Source: a plasmid. From it: 64,000 bases of DNA. The position numbers were made by a program, and so were the translations under genes. The stretch lies in the sequence record NZ_CP118944.1. One strand, written 5' to 3'. Under the pieces are notes generated by a model that was not told where the DNA came from, did not search any database, and worked only from the letters and a program-made list of their open reading frames with translations. Positions 9,286-19,261 of the stretch are shown here, in pieces (position 1 is the stretch's first letter; every line of letters starts with the position of its first letter).

Positions 9286-9570
9286 ATGAAGCGAATAGCG
9301 ATTGCCCTATCCCTTTCCATCACGCTGGTTGCTTGTGGTGACGCCAAGGAGGAGAAGCAGCACCGCAAACCACCAGAGGAGCAGGTGATCAGTGAGCCAG
9401 CCCATGGGATTGGAGCCATTTTTGGGAAGCCAAACCCCGATTACACACCACCAGGGAGGATAGTTGATAGCCCGGACTTTAAAGTGACTCTCCCAGAGGA
9501 CCGCTGGGAAGAGACCACTATCAGCAAGAAAGAGGGCAAGCCAAGCGCGGCGGTAGGTGTAGATAAGTGA
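9286..9570 (+). CDS. putative lipoprotein (94 aa)
   Basis: N-terminus MKRIAIALSLSITLVACGD has a lipobox-like LVAC. GGGAAG lies upstream. Confidence 0.45.
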   Translation: MKRIAIALSLSITLVACGDAKEEKQHRKPPEEQVISEPAHGIGAIFGKPNPDYTPPGRIVDSPDFKVTLPEDRWEETTISKKEGKPSAAVGVDK

Positions 9571-10062
9571 GAGCTCGCGGGGCTGCCGCAACATGCCCAG
9601 GATAAGGGGTCGTAAAGCACGTTAAGAGATTCGATACCCAGCAACGGCGCGGCTTTGCGCAAGCAGCTCCCCCTTAGACACAGCATTTTCGAGGTTCTCG
9701 AAACTCGGCTGTTTCAGCCGTGCAATACGAGAGTGGTTTTCGAGAAAGCAACATGCCATACCAGCACTGGCGCGGATCTGATTATCATTGAAGCCTCTCA
9801 AAAACGGTCGTTTATGAGACTTTTTACCATGCCAATGGCTTACCGTACTTTAAATTCAGAATTCTGATGCGACCCCCTTAGTTAGTACAAAACCGTTCTA
9901 ATGGACTTCATACCCCCTGATCACCCCCGTCACCGCCTGATCCCTTAGTTCGGCTGCAGGGTGAACATGGCCAGGGGCAGTGGCACTCCGCCCCTCGGTC
10001 GAATTGATGGACTCTATCGAGATCAACTTAATAAGATGCTAAGATGGTAAGATGGTATGTTG

Positions 10063-10365
10063 TTATTTTAATTTTGCTTCCTTTATCAGGGCTGAAATAG
10101 CGGATTTAGATTGGTTTTTGAATGCTGTTACAGCAGCTCTAACTACATCGGAACGATTGGCTCGCGCGCCACTTGAGATCATCTCTCCTCGAATTATGTC
10201 ATCTATATCTCGAAGGTTTTTTTCTGAAAAAGAGATGCTGATAGGTTTTGCCTTATTAAGGATTTTTGAATTTTTAGGCTGTTCAGTGGATGCATCTATA
10301 CCCGCAGAACCTCCATGTATAAAGGCTGTCTCATCACGAGAGGCTGAAGGTGTTCTATTTCTCAT
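10063..10365 (-). CDS. ParG-like ribbon-helix-helix partition/centromere-binding protein
   Basis: 100 aa. C-terminal RHH-like ...RANRSDVVRAAVTAFKNQ. Directly downstream of and overlapping parA by 4 bp. Confidence 0.55.
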   Translation of the reverse strand: MRNRTPSASRDETAFIHGGSAGIDASTEQPKNSKILNKAKPISISFSEKNLRDIDDIIRGEMISSGARANRSDVVRAAVTAFKNQSKSAISALIKEAKLK

Positions 10366-10988
10366 AGGATGATTTCCTTCACAAGTAGTTCAATTTCTTC
10401 TTGAGCTTTAATATTTTGCGTTTCAAAAATTGTCATGGATTCAGCCCATGCATCTCGGTGCGCTTTTCTATCACATACGCGTGAGGTGGCTAACTGCATT
10501 TCTGGAAATTCAACAAGCACTTCCGCTGCTTGGTTTGCTTCGTTGACGAACATATTTGTTGGCGTCATGTTCAAAACCAAATAGCCGCGAACATTTTCAT
10601 TGAAATCTTTTGCTGCGGTAAAAACGGAACAAGTATGAGGAACCACATCAAGATCCATTTGGGATGGTCGCAGTGGAGAGATAAACACATCTGCTGCCAT
10701 AAGACCGCTCCGCATTTCCGCACTGTCACGGCCTGCACAATCAGCGATCACATAATCGTATGATAATTCATGCTCCTTTAGCATTGCTTTTATATTGCCA
10801 GTTGCACCCGTCACTGGCATATGAGGTAGGCTTTCCGGCCGGTTGTTGTACCATGTAAGAACGGATTTTTGATCATCTGCATCGACAATTAATACCCGTT
10901 TTCTGAGAGTCATTAAGTATGCTGCAATCGAGACGGCCAACGTACTTTTTCCTACTCCCCCTTTCTGACTACCCAAAACAATTATCAT
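10362..10988 (-). CDS. parA: ParA/ParF-family Walker-type partition ATPase
   Basis: 208 aa. Deviant Walker A motif GSQKGGVGKST at the N-terminus. Preceded by iterons. Confidence 0.8.
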   Translation of the reverse strand: MIIVLGSQKGGVGKSTLAVSIAAYLMTLRKRVLIVDADDQKSVLTWYNNRPESLPHMPVTGATGNIKAMLKEHELSYDYVIADCAGRDSAEMRSGLMAADVFISPLRPSQMDLDVVPHTCSVFTAAKDFNENVRGYLVLNMTPTNMFVNEANQAAEVLVEFPEMQLATSRVCDRKAHRDAWAESMTIFETQNIKAQEEIELLVKEIIL

Positions 10989-11062
10989 AATCCCCCTCCC
11001 TATGTTGTTAACTTAACAAGTTAATAATACAGGGATGCACTTGGATAGGCAATGCCTTGTTA

Positions 11063-11118
11063 TCTTATGATCTTGTCATCTTGTCATCTTGTCATCTTGT
11101 CATCTTGTCATCTTGGTT
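11063..11118. repeat. centromere-like/operator iterons: 8-bp unit TCTTGTCA, 5 perfect plus 2 degenerate tandem copies, upstream of parA
   Basis: tcttatga tcttgtca x5 tcttgg read directly at 11063-11118. Confidence 0.6.
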
Positions 11119-11250
11119 TGCCCCATCTGTGGGGTTGGGTGAGTTTTCTTATGTACACCCCAGATGAACCATCTAGACAGTGAGCTCCGGAAGTAGTAAA
11201 ACCACTCAAAACATACCATTTTATGTAAACCACTTAAAAGAGACCACTGC

Positions 11251-11889
11251 GTGTCCAATCGTGTTTTTGCCTATTTACGGGCCAGTACCAAAGAGCAAGA
11301 TGCCCTGCGGGCTAAAGAGCCTCTTTTGCACTTCGCGAATGAACGCCAGTTCCAAATTGATGGCTGGTTTCAAGAGCATGAAAGTGGGGCCATGTTCACG
11401 CGCCCTGAATTGTTTCGGTTGTTGGAACTGGCAAAGCCAGGTGACATCTTGCTCGTTGAGCAGGTGGATCGGCTTAGTCGACTGGATACCCCTGACTGGG
11501 AACGCCTGAAAATGCTGATCAAAGGCAAGGAGCTGCGGGTGGTTGCGCTTGATCTCCCCACCTCTTGGGCCATGCTCACGCCTTCGGCTGGTTTCCAGGA
11601 GCGGATGTTGGCCGCCATCAATGACATGATGCTTGATATGTTGGCTGCCATCGCTCGTAAAGACTATGAGGATAGGCGTAGGCGGCAGGCCGAGGGCATT
11701 GCCAAGGCCAAGCAGGCAGGGCGATACAAAGGACGTCCAGTCGATACTGCGTTACATGACCGAGTGCGATTGGCGTTAAACAACGAATGGTCATGGTCTC
11801 AGATTGAGGCTAATTTCAAATGTTCCAGGGCAACCATTGCCAAGGTGGCAAAAGAGATGAGGGCGGCCCCTGATGCCATTCAACAATGA
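11251..11889 (+). CDS. serine recombinase (resolvase/invertase family), likely plasmid multimer resolution
   Basis: 212 aa. MSNRVFAYLRASTKEQ carries the catalytic Ser motif. C-terminal HTH-like region present. Confidence 0.8.
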   Translation: MSNRVFAYLRASTKEQDALRAKEPLLHFANERQFQIDGWFQEHESGAMFTRPELFRLLELAKPGDILLVEQVDRLSRLDTPDWERLKMLIKGKELRVVALDLPTSWAMLTPSAGFQERMLAAINDMMLDMLAAIARKDYEDRRRRQAEGIAKAKQAGRYKGRPVDTALHDRVRLALNNEWSWSQIEANFKCSRATIAKVAKEMRAAPDAIQQ

Positions 11890-12124
11890 TGAAGATAATG
11901 CCTATCTGGATCTACAGCTTAAAATGGCGCTGGATAGTTGGGATCCGGCTAAGCCAAGGCGTTGGCTGGCGCGCTATGGTGGTTTACCTGGCTTAGGTAT
12001 CGGAACTGGAGTCGTGGCCAAGGAATACAAGGCATTGCTAGTACAGGCTCAGGCGTTAACCCAACGAAAACGGCGCACAGATGGTGGCGATAGTTTACCC
12101 AATATCAATTATCCGCTTTGGTGA
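11873..12124 (+). CDS. hypothetical protein (83 aa), weak
   Basis: ORF overlaps the 3' end of the recombinase gene. No motif. Confidence 0.2.
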   Translation: MPFNNDEDNAYLDLQLKMALDSWDPAKPRRWLARYGGLPGLGIGTGVVAKEYKALLVQAQALTQRKRRTDGGDSLPNINYPLW

Positions 12125-12489
12125 TCATCGTCGTGCCACTGAATACACATGACCTTATTTACTGTACGCGCTCGGGTCAATGCTGCCCATTCATCCCTAT
12201 ACCGTGTTACATTTGCGCTATTTTATCCCCGCCGAATGTCCCCAGTGAGACTAAGCAGAACTTATGAAAAAACTTTCGATTGATTCACCAGAATTGGCTT
12301 CGACTTCTTTGATTGAGGAAAACATGGGGCAGTTAAAGCAGCTGTTCCCGGATGCGTTTAGTGAGGGAAAAATTGATTTTGATGTGTTAAAGCAATTGCT
12401 TGGTAGTGAAGTCGATGATAGAGAGGAGCGCTATGGCCTGAATTGGCACGGTAAGCGGCAAGCTCGGCAAATTGCATTAACACCATCTA

Positions 12490-13647
12490 AATAGCTGTTC
12501 CGAATAGTAGATCACCGGAGGAAGGGAACTCAGTCCAGTTTGTGCGATCTGATTAGTCGCTAAACAAAACAAGCCACACCCAAAGGACTGAGTTGATGCC
12601 TATCCTACCACCTCTGCCACGACCACAACGGCGCCGCATTCACAAAATCATCCATGCCACCCGTGATAAAGGACATGCTCGTCGCTTGATGGCCATCTTG
12701 CTGTTACATGAAGGACGCACGATCACCGATGTTCATCACCTTACCGGCGCTGCGCGCTCGACCATCGGTCGTTGGCTTCGGTGGTATCGAGATGAAGGCA
12801 TAGATGCGCTAGAAGCCTTACCGGCTGGCCGTGCCCCAGTCTTACCTATCGCCAAGATTGTCACCCTACTGGTGCTGCTCATGCAGTTTTCTCCGCAAGA
12901 TTTTGGTTATCAGCGCAGCCGTTGGTGTACTGAACTATTGGCTATAAAAATCAATCGGTTAACAGGGCTCAATGTGGCAGCCTCCACGCTCCGCCGATGG
13001 TTACCTCGTATGGGCATTGTCTGGCGCAGGCCCGTGCCGACCTTGCGGATAAAAGACCCAGCCTATCAGGAAAAAATGGCGAATATCGACGCCGCGCTGG
13101 CCCGCTGTGATGCCGATAATCCGGTGTTTTATGAGGATGAAGTCGATATAGACCTCAATCCCAAATTAGGAGCCGACTGGATGTTCAGAGCGCAGCAAAA
13201 GCGGGTTGTCACACCGGGGCAGAATGCCAAGCATTATCTGGCAGGCGTTCTCCACGCAGGCAACGGAAGGGTACTTTACGTCAGCGGGATCAAGAAAAAC
13301 TCATCGCTGTTTATTGCCATGCTGGAAAAGCTGCGCCACCACTACCGACGAGCCAAAACCATCACGTTGATCCTCGATAACTACATCATTCACAAAAGCA
13401 AACAGACCGAGCGATGGTTGAAGAAGAATCCCAAGTTCTGCCTGGTGTTCCAGCCAGTTTACAGCCCTTGGGTTAATCACATAGAACGGCTATGGCACAA
13501 GTTACATGAAACCATCACGCGCAATCATCAATGCAGAGGGATGGCAAACCTGCTGGCCCGAGTGAAACACTTCATGGATACCGTGTCTCCTTTCCCGGGG
13601 AATGGCTATGGCACAGCGAAGGTGTAGCACTATTGGGATCAGTTATT
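12490..13647 (+). mobile_element. IS630-family insertion sequence, copy A (1158 bp), inside mod
   Basis: Terminal inverted repeats AATAGCTGTTCCGAATAGTAG / rc AATAACTGATCCCAATAGTGC. Flanked by TA (12488-12489 and 13648-13649), the hallmark IS630 TA target duplication. Matches the second copy at 35201-36358. Confidence 0.8.
12593..13627 (+). CDS. IS630-family transposase (344 aa)
   Basis: Identical in translation to ORF 35304..36338. N-terminal HTH region (GARSTIGRWLRWYRDEG). DDE-type C-terminus typical of the IS630/Tc1 family. Confidence 0.85.
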   Translation: MMPILPPLPRPQRRRIHKIIHATRDKGHARRLMAILLLHEGRTITDVHHLTGAARSTIGRWLRWYRDEGIDALEALPAGRAPVLPIAKIVTLLVLLMQFSPQDFGYQRSRWCTELLAIKINRLTGLNVAASTLRRWLPRMGIVWRRPVPTLRIKDPAYQEKMANIDAALARCDADNPVFYEDEVDIDLNPKLGADWMFRAQQKRVVTPGQNAKHYLAGVLHAGNGRVLYVSGIKKNSSLFIAMLEKLRHHYRRAKTITLILDNYIIHKSKQTERWLKKNPKFCLVFQPVYSPWVNHIERLWHKLHETITRNHQCRGMANLLARVKHFMDTVSPFPGNGYGTAKV

Positions 13648-15427
13648 TAGAGGTACGCTACGCCCATGTCAAGAAGATAGTGTGAATTGGGATAGCACAC
13701 AGAACCTGATGATTGAAGGTGATAATTTAGAGGTGCTAAAGCTGTTGCAAAAGAGCTACAGCGGAAAAGTGAAGCTCATCTATATTGACCCACCGTACAA
13801 CACAGGTAAAGATTTTGTTTATCCTGATAATTTTCAGGATAATGTTCAGAACTATTTGGAATTGACAGGGCAAACTGATGGCAATGTTAAGTTAAGTACA
13901 AATACTGAAACCAGTGGGCGTTATCATACTGACTGGTTGAACATGATGTACCCGCGTTTAAAGTTGGCGCGTAATTTACTTTGTGATGATGGGGTCGTTT
14001 TTATTTCAATTGATGATTCTGAAATAGAAAACCTTAAAGTAATATGCAATGATATATTCGGTGAAGATAATTTCATTTCAACAATATCACGGGTTATGAA
14101 AACTGGTGGGGCCAAGGGGAATTTCTTTACTCCTAATGTTGAGTTTATTTTGGTTTATGCAAAAAAAATAATAAATGCAACTCATTTTAGAGCCCGGATA
14201 GGGGGGGAGCAAATAGCCACATATTATAATAAGGTACAAGTCGGTGGAGAACGTGACGGCGAAGTCTATGGTGAGGAACGGTTATATAAAGCAAGCTTGG
14301 ATGCAAGAGCAAATCAGCGCTATTGGGTTAAATGTCCTGATGGTTCTTTTGTTATTCCTCCGGGATCAACATTTCCTGAAAAAACTCAAGATGGAATACA
14401 AGTCACTCCGGAGCGTGGTGATGGTGTTTGGAAATGGACTTACGCTAGATATAAAGAGGAATTCTCTCAAGGTAATATAGTTTTTAAAGAAACAAGTACC
14501 TCTGCTCTTTTGGATGAAAATGGAGTGAAATCAAAATACAACATATACAATAAACTTTGGTTGAAAGAACAGCAAGAAAAAGGTATGGTCCCAGGCAATC
14601 TAATTAGTAAGTGGGAAAATCGACAGAGTTCCGCAGAACTAAAGGATTTGGGGATACCGTTTGACTTTGCAAAACCTACCAATCTTATTAAGTATATTAT
14701 TGAAATTGCCAGGGTTAATGAAAGTGATATTGTTATGGATTTTTTCGCTGGTTCTGGCTCTGTAGGTCATGCAGTATACAAATACAATATTGAAAACTGT
14801 TCAAATTTACGTTGTATCCTTGTGCAATTGCCTGAACTTCTCTCTAGGGAGAATAAAGAGCAAAAGCAAGCTTATGATTTTTGTGTTAAGTATAAAAAAT
14901 CATTTTCTATTGCTGAGCTTACCAAAGAACGCCTCCGACGCGCCGGAGCTAAAGTCAGCGCTGACAATCCTGACTGGCAAGGTGATACCGGATTCCGCGT
15001 ATTTAAGCTCGATACCTCAAATATTCGCCCATGGTCGGCAGATGCCGCGTCGTTGGATGCACAGATGCAGGCCAGCTTGTCACCGCTGCTCGAAGATCGC
15101 TCACAGGATGATGTCATGACAGAATTGCTGCTCAAGCGCGGCATTGATTTGAGTGTCCGTCTTGAAGTGCGTGACTTTGATGGTTTACGCGTGACCTGCG
15201 CTGGTAATGGGATGTTGTTTACCTGTCTTGAATCACATATTCCTGCTTCTTCCATTGAAGCTCTGGCATCAGGGTTAACTACCTGGCATCGCGAGCTAGG
15301 GGGGAGTGCTGATGCGGTGTGTTATTTCATTGATGAAGCATTTGAAAATAATGTTGCCAAGTCCAACCTCTGTGCCACGTTGGTGCAGCAGGGCCTCAAC
15401 CAATTGCACAGTCTGTAAGGGGGCAAG

Positions 15428-18400
15428 ATGAAACTCCATTTTGAACCCGATCTTGATTATCAACTGGATGCTATTACTGCCGTGTGCGACCTGTTTGCTG
15501 GCATGGAACGTTGGCAAAATGAGATGACCGTACTGGCTCCAGTGCAAGGGGCATTGGCGCTAGAGGGGGCTACAGGGGCATCCCCGGTTAACCCAGAAAT
15601 ACATGATGAGGCGTGGTTACTGGCCAATACCCAACAGGTGCAGTTGCGAAATAAACTGCCCCCGGCGGATGAGCTTGTCAGTCGGGATTTCACCGTTGAG
15701 ATGGAAACTGGGACGGGGAAAACCTATGTATATCTGCGCTCCCTGTTTGAGTTGAATCAGCGGTTCGGGATGAGCAAGTTCATTATCGTGGTGCCCTCTG
15801 TCGCCATTAAAGAGGGGGTATATAAAACCCTGCAAATAACACGGCAGCATTTTCAAAGCCTATATGCTGGCATTCCTTACGACTATTATCTTTACGACTC
15901 AACAAGGCCTGGAGATGTACGCAATTTTGCCACCAGTTCTGTGATGCAAATTATGGTAATGACGGTAGGGGCAATAAACAAAAAAGATGTTAACAAGCTC
16001 TACCAGTCGAGTGAAAAAACGACTGTTGATGAGTTGGATAAACCAATTGACCTGATCCGTGCCACTCGTCCAGTAGTGATTGTCGATGAGCCGCAAAGTG
16101 TTGATGGTGGTCTGAACGGTGCAGGTAAAACCGCGCTGGAGTCAATGAATTCACTGATTACTCTGCGTTATTCGGCGACCCATACCGATAAGCACCACAT
16201 GTTGTATCGCCTGGATGCAGTTGACGCTTATGAGCGTAAACTGGTCAAGCAAATTGAAGTTGCGGGAATGCAGGTCGAGAACGCCCATAACTTGGCCTAT
16301 GTGAAGCTCATTTCTATGGAGAACAAACGCGGCACCATCAGGGCCACCCTTTTACTTGATGTTGAACGTCCACAAGGTGGCGTTCAACGTGAAGAGGTTA
16401 TTGTTACCGATGGTAGTCGCCTTGATGACGATACTGGTCGTGCAGTTTATGCCGATTATCGGATTGGTGAGATACGGCTGGGTAAGGGCGGATTTGTGAC
16501 TCTCATTACACCGCAGGGCGAGCAGTTTTTGCAGCCAGGCGACACGGTTGGCGATGTGGAGCCCCTGACACTGCAACGGCATTTGATCCGACGAACTATT
16601 CGCGAGCATTTGGATAAAGAGTTGCGCTTGAACTCGCAAGGTATCAAGGTACTCTCGTTATTCTTCATCGACCGAGTAGACCTTTATCGCCAAGTAAATG
16701 AAGATGGCCGTCGTGAGCCTGGCGCATATGCTCGTGTATTTGAAGACGAGTACCAAGCATTATTGCGTCAACCGCTGTATGCCGCATTGCGTGAGAGCCA
16801 CCCTGTACAGGCTAGTGAAGTACATGATGGTTATTTTTCTATCGATAAAAAAGGGGGATGGGAAGATACTTCTGAAAGTAATGCCAGCGGGCGTGATAAC
16901 GCGGAGCGTGGTTATAACCTCATAATGAAGAACAAAGAGCGACTATTGAGCTTTTCAAACCCAGTACGCTTTTTGTTTTCGCATTCCGCCCTTAAAGAAG
17001 GGTGGGATAACCCCAATGTGTTCCAGATTTGCAGCTTGCGTGAGATGGGTAGTGAACGAGAGCGGCGGCAGACCTTGGGAAGGGGCTTACGCCTGTGTGT
17101 TAATCAGGATGGTGAGCGGATCCGGGATGACAGTATCAATATATTGACAGTGGTTGCTAGCGAGGGATATGAAACCTACGCGGAGCAATTGCAGCAAGAA
17201 ATTGAACAGGAAACCGGGATCAAATTTGGCATTGTTACATCCACTGCATTTGCTCACTTACATATGACGATGGTGAATGGTGCCCATGAAGCGCTTGGGG
17301 CCGCAGGCTCTAATGCCCTCTGGGAAACGCTACAAGCGGATGATTATCTTAGCCGTACGGGTAAGGTAAATGATGCTCTTAAGGTTGCTCTACGTGATGC
17401 TCAGCTCACCTTGGCTCCTGAATATGAACCACTGCGCTCTGAAATTGAACAGATCTTGAGGAAAAGCGCTGGGCGTTTGCGGATCAGTAATGCCGATGAG
17501 CGTGTCGTTATCTCTCCACGACAGGCTGTGTTGACGTCGGAGGCATTCAAACAGTTGTGGTCTCGCATTTCTCAAAAAACACAGTATCGACTGGACTTTG
17601 ATGAAGAGATGCTGATCGCAGATTGCACTGCTTCATTACGTGCAATGCCGCTTATCACTCGTGCTCAAATACAGTTCAGTAAAGGGGCATTGTCTTATAC
17701 CCGTGCAGGATTGGATATGCGATCAATGCCAGGAGCAACCAGTAGTCAAGTTGATGATATTGCACCGGTACTTCCAGATATTCTTGGGGTGCTTCAGGAT
17801 AAAACAGGGCTTACTCGACGAAGCCTATATCAGATATTGACTGACAGTGGCCGGTTGCGCGATTTTGTAAAAAACCCGCAACAATTTTTGACGGAGGCGA
17901 TTGGTCGCCTCAATGGTTGTAAGCAACGAGCCGTTGTTGATGGGATCAAATACTACCGATTGCCGGGGGCGGTGTACGCACAGACACTCTTCACCGATAA
18001 AGAACTGACTGGGTATACCAAAAACTTATTCAATGCCGCAGCAGGAAAATCAGTGTACGAGCAAGTACCACTGGATTCACAAGGAATTGAGCGAGAGTTT
18101 GTTCAACATCTTGAGCAGCAAGATGAAGTGAAGCTTTACGCAAAGTTGCCTGGCTGGTTCAAAATCCCGACCCCGTTGGGGAGTTACAATCCTGACTGGG
18201 CGCTGGTTATTGAGCGGGATGGGGTTGAGCAGGTGTATTTTGTGGTAGAAACCAAAGGCACCCGTAACTTGGATGAGTTGCGTTTAACCGAGAAGGCTAA
18301 GATTACCTGCGGTGAGGCTCATTTTGCAGCTCTCAAAGCTGGGTATTCAGATCCTGCGCATTACTTGGAAGCAATGAGTGTAGCGCAGGTGATGGCTAGC

Positions 18401-18433
18401 GTAGATGATCTGATGACGGGGGGGGCTGGTTAG
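15428..18433 (+). CDS. res: type III restriction enzyme Res subunit (SF2 helicase-nuclease)
   Basis: 1001 aa. Helicase motif I METGTGKTY and motif II VIVDEPQS. Starts 10 bp after the mod stop. Size fits type III Res. Confidence 0.8.
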   Translation: MKLHFEPDLDYQLDAITAVCDLFAGMERWQNEMTVLAPVQGALALEGATGASPVNPEIHDEAWLLANTQQVQLRNKLPPADELVSRDFTVEMETGTGKTYVYLRSLFELNQRFGMSKFIIVVPSVAIKEGVYKTLQITRQHFQSLYAGIPYDYYLYDSTRPGDVRNFATSSVMQIMVMTVGAINKKDVNKLYQSSEKTTVDELDKPIDLIRATRPVVIVDEPQSVDGGLNGAGKTALESMNSLITLRYSATHTDKHHMLYRLDAVDAYERKLVKQIEVAGMQVENAHNLAYVKLISMENKRGTIRATLLLDVERPQGGVQREEVIVTDGSRLDDDTGRAVYADYRIGEIRLGKGGFVTLITPQGEQFLQPGDTVGDVEPLTLQRHLIRRTIREHLDKELRLNSQGIKVLSLFFIDRVDLYRQVNEDGRREPGAYARVFEDEYQALLRQPLYAALRESHPVQASEVHDGYFSIDKKGGWEDTSESNASGRDNAERGYNLIMKNKERLLSFSNPVRFLFSHSALKEGWDNPNVFQICSLREMGSERERRQTLGRGLRLCVNQDGERIRDDSINILTVVASEGYETYAEQLQQEIEQETGIKFGIVTSTAFAHLHMTMVNGAHEALGAAGSNALWETLQADDYLSRTGKVNDALKVALRDAQLTLAPEYEPLRSEIEQILRKSAGRLRISNADERVVISPRQAVLTSEAFKQLWSRISQKTQYRLDFDEEMLIADCTASLRAMPLITRAQIQFSKGALSYTRAGLDMRSMPGATSSQVDDIAPVLPDILGVLQDKTGLTRRSLYQILTDSGRLRDFVKNPQQFLTEAIGRLNGCKQRAVVDGIKYYRLPGAVYAQTLFTDKELTGYTKNLFNAAAGKSVYEQVPLDSQGIEREFVQHLEQQDEVKLYAKLPGWFKIPTPLGSYNPDWALVIERDGVEQVYFVVETKGTRNLDELRLTEKAKITCGEAHFAALKAGYSDPAHYLEAMSVAQVMASVDDLMTGGAG

Positions 18434-18450
18434 CCACCGCCTTTATTGAT

Positions 18451-18480
18451 GCGCTTCTGTTGAGAAGCGCATTGTATTTG
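18451..18480 (+). terminator. putative intrinsic terminator after res
   Basis: Hairpin gcgcttc-tgttga-gaagcgc followed by attgtatttg. Confidence 0.4.
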
Positions 18481-18797
18481 GATCCTTGCCAAGGGGGTTC
18501 TATGAAATTAGGGGAGGCTAGTAGTAGCAAACCCTCGCTGGTAACGATCGAGGGCAAGGATTCCCTGGCTGCAGCGCAATAATCCTCGCAAGTAAGAGAA
18601 ACTGTGGGAATCATCTATGGGACGGGTGTCATTCAGATGTGCCGCTTGGCTGTGTGCGCCTGCCCAATCAGTCAACTGAATAGTAGTCGCCAAGCGGCGG
18701 CGCTACCCTACCCAAGCTGGTGATGGGATGCAAACCTAACAATCATCAATATCTCTTTTTGATTGTTCATTTTTTTATTTTGATTCTCTGTGGGCGG

Positions 18798-19127
18798 TCA
18801 GGTGATACTTTGATGGTGCTCTTCCTGGACCCGTAGCCACTTTTGCTGTTCAGCGTTATTACCTTGCTGTTCCCAAAATCCACATATCATCCCTGCCAGC
18901 TCGGCAGCCAAGGCATGGTCACCATCGCGGCGGCTTACCAAATAATGGGATAGCCAGTTTTGATACTGTTTCAGGCTCATTTCTACGCTCTCAAATAGGT
19001 GGCGGATGCCAGGCAGGTATCCATTTCCCCAGGGTACACTGCTCTTCCCCCGCCATCCGCCATAAAAAGTTGGGTGCTTGCAGGCATGGCCTAAGCACCC
19101 ACCACTATGATACAGCTTCTGCCCCAA
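18798..19127 (-). CDS. hypothetical protein (109 aa)
   Basis: ORF-track ORF between the res terminator and the Tn3-like inverted repeat. No motif. Confidence 0.3.
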   Translation of the reverse strand: MGQKLYHSGGCLGHACKHPTFYGGWRGKSSVPWGNGYLPGIRHLFESVEMSLKQYQNWLSHYLVSRRDGDHALAAELAGMICGFWEQQGNNAEQQKWLRVQEEHHQSIT

Positions 19128-19190
19128 CGTCCCAATACTGCCGCGACACCGAACAAGCTCACATCAATGCGTTGTTGCAGGAAGCTATTG

Positions 19191-19228
19191 GGGGTTGAAG
19201 TCCAATGGAACGAAAACGTACTAAGGTA
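19191..19228. repeat. Tn3-family 38-bp terminal inverted repeat (outer GGGG at 19191)
   Basis: ggggttgaagtccaatggaacgaaaacgtactaaggta. The core TGGAACGAAAAC is shared with Tn3/Tn1 inverted repeats. Confidence 0.55.
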
Positions 19229-19261
19229 AGTAAGTAATTCCATTGTATACTTTCAAAGCAC

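Larger units (their letters stand above)
12264..15418 (+). pseudogene. mod: type III restriction-modification Mod (N6-adenine methyltransferase) gene split by an IS630-family insertion
   Basis: The N-terminal fragment 12264..12489 (MKKLSIDSPELASTSLIEENMGQLKQLFPDAFSEGKIDFDVLKQL...ALTPS) ends in the IS. The C-terminal fragment 13648..15418 (..NWDSTQNLMIEGDNLEVLKLLQKSYSGKVKLIYIDPPYNTG...) carries the DPPY motif. Removing the IS and one TA joins them in frame as ...TPSRGTLRPCQEDSVNWDSTQ... Confidence 0.75.

Noticed and set aside
11063-11118. Possible CRISPR array (short direct repeats here and at 34601-34755)
   Set aside because: The units are 8-9 bp, contiguous and without spacers, and no cas genes are present. 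These are iterons or microsatellites, not CRISPR.
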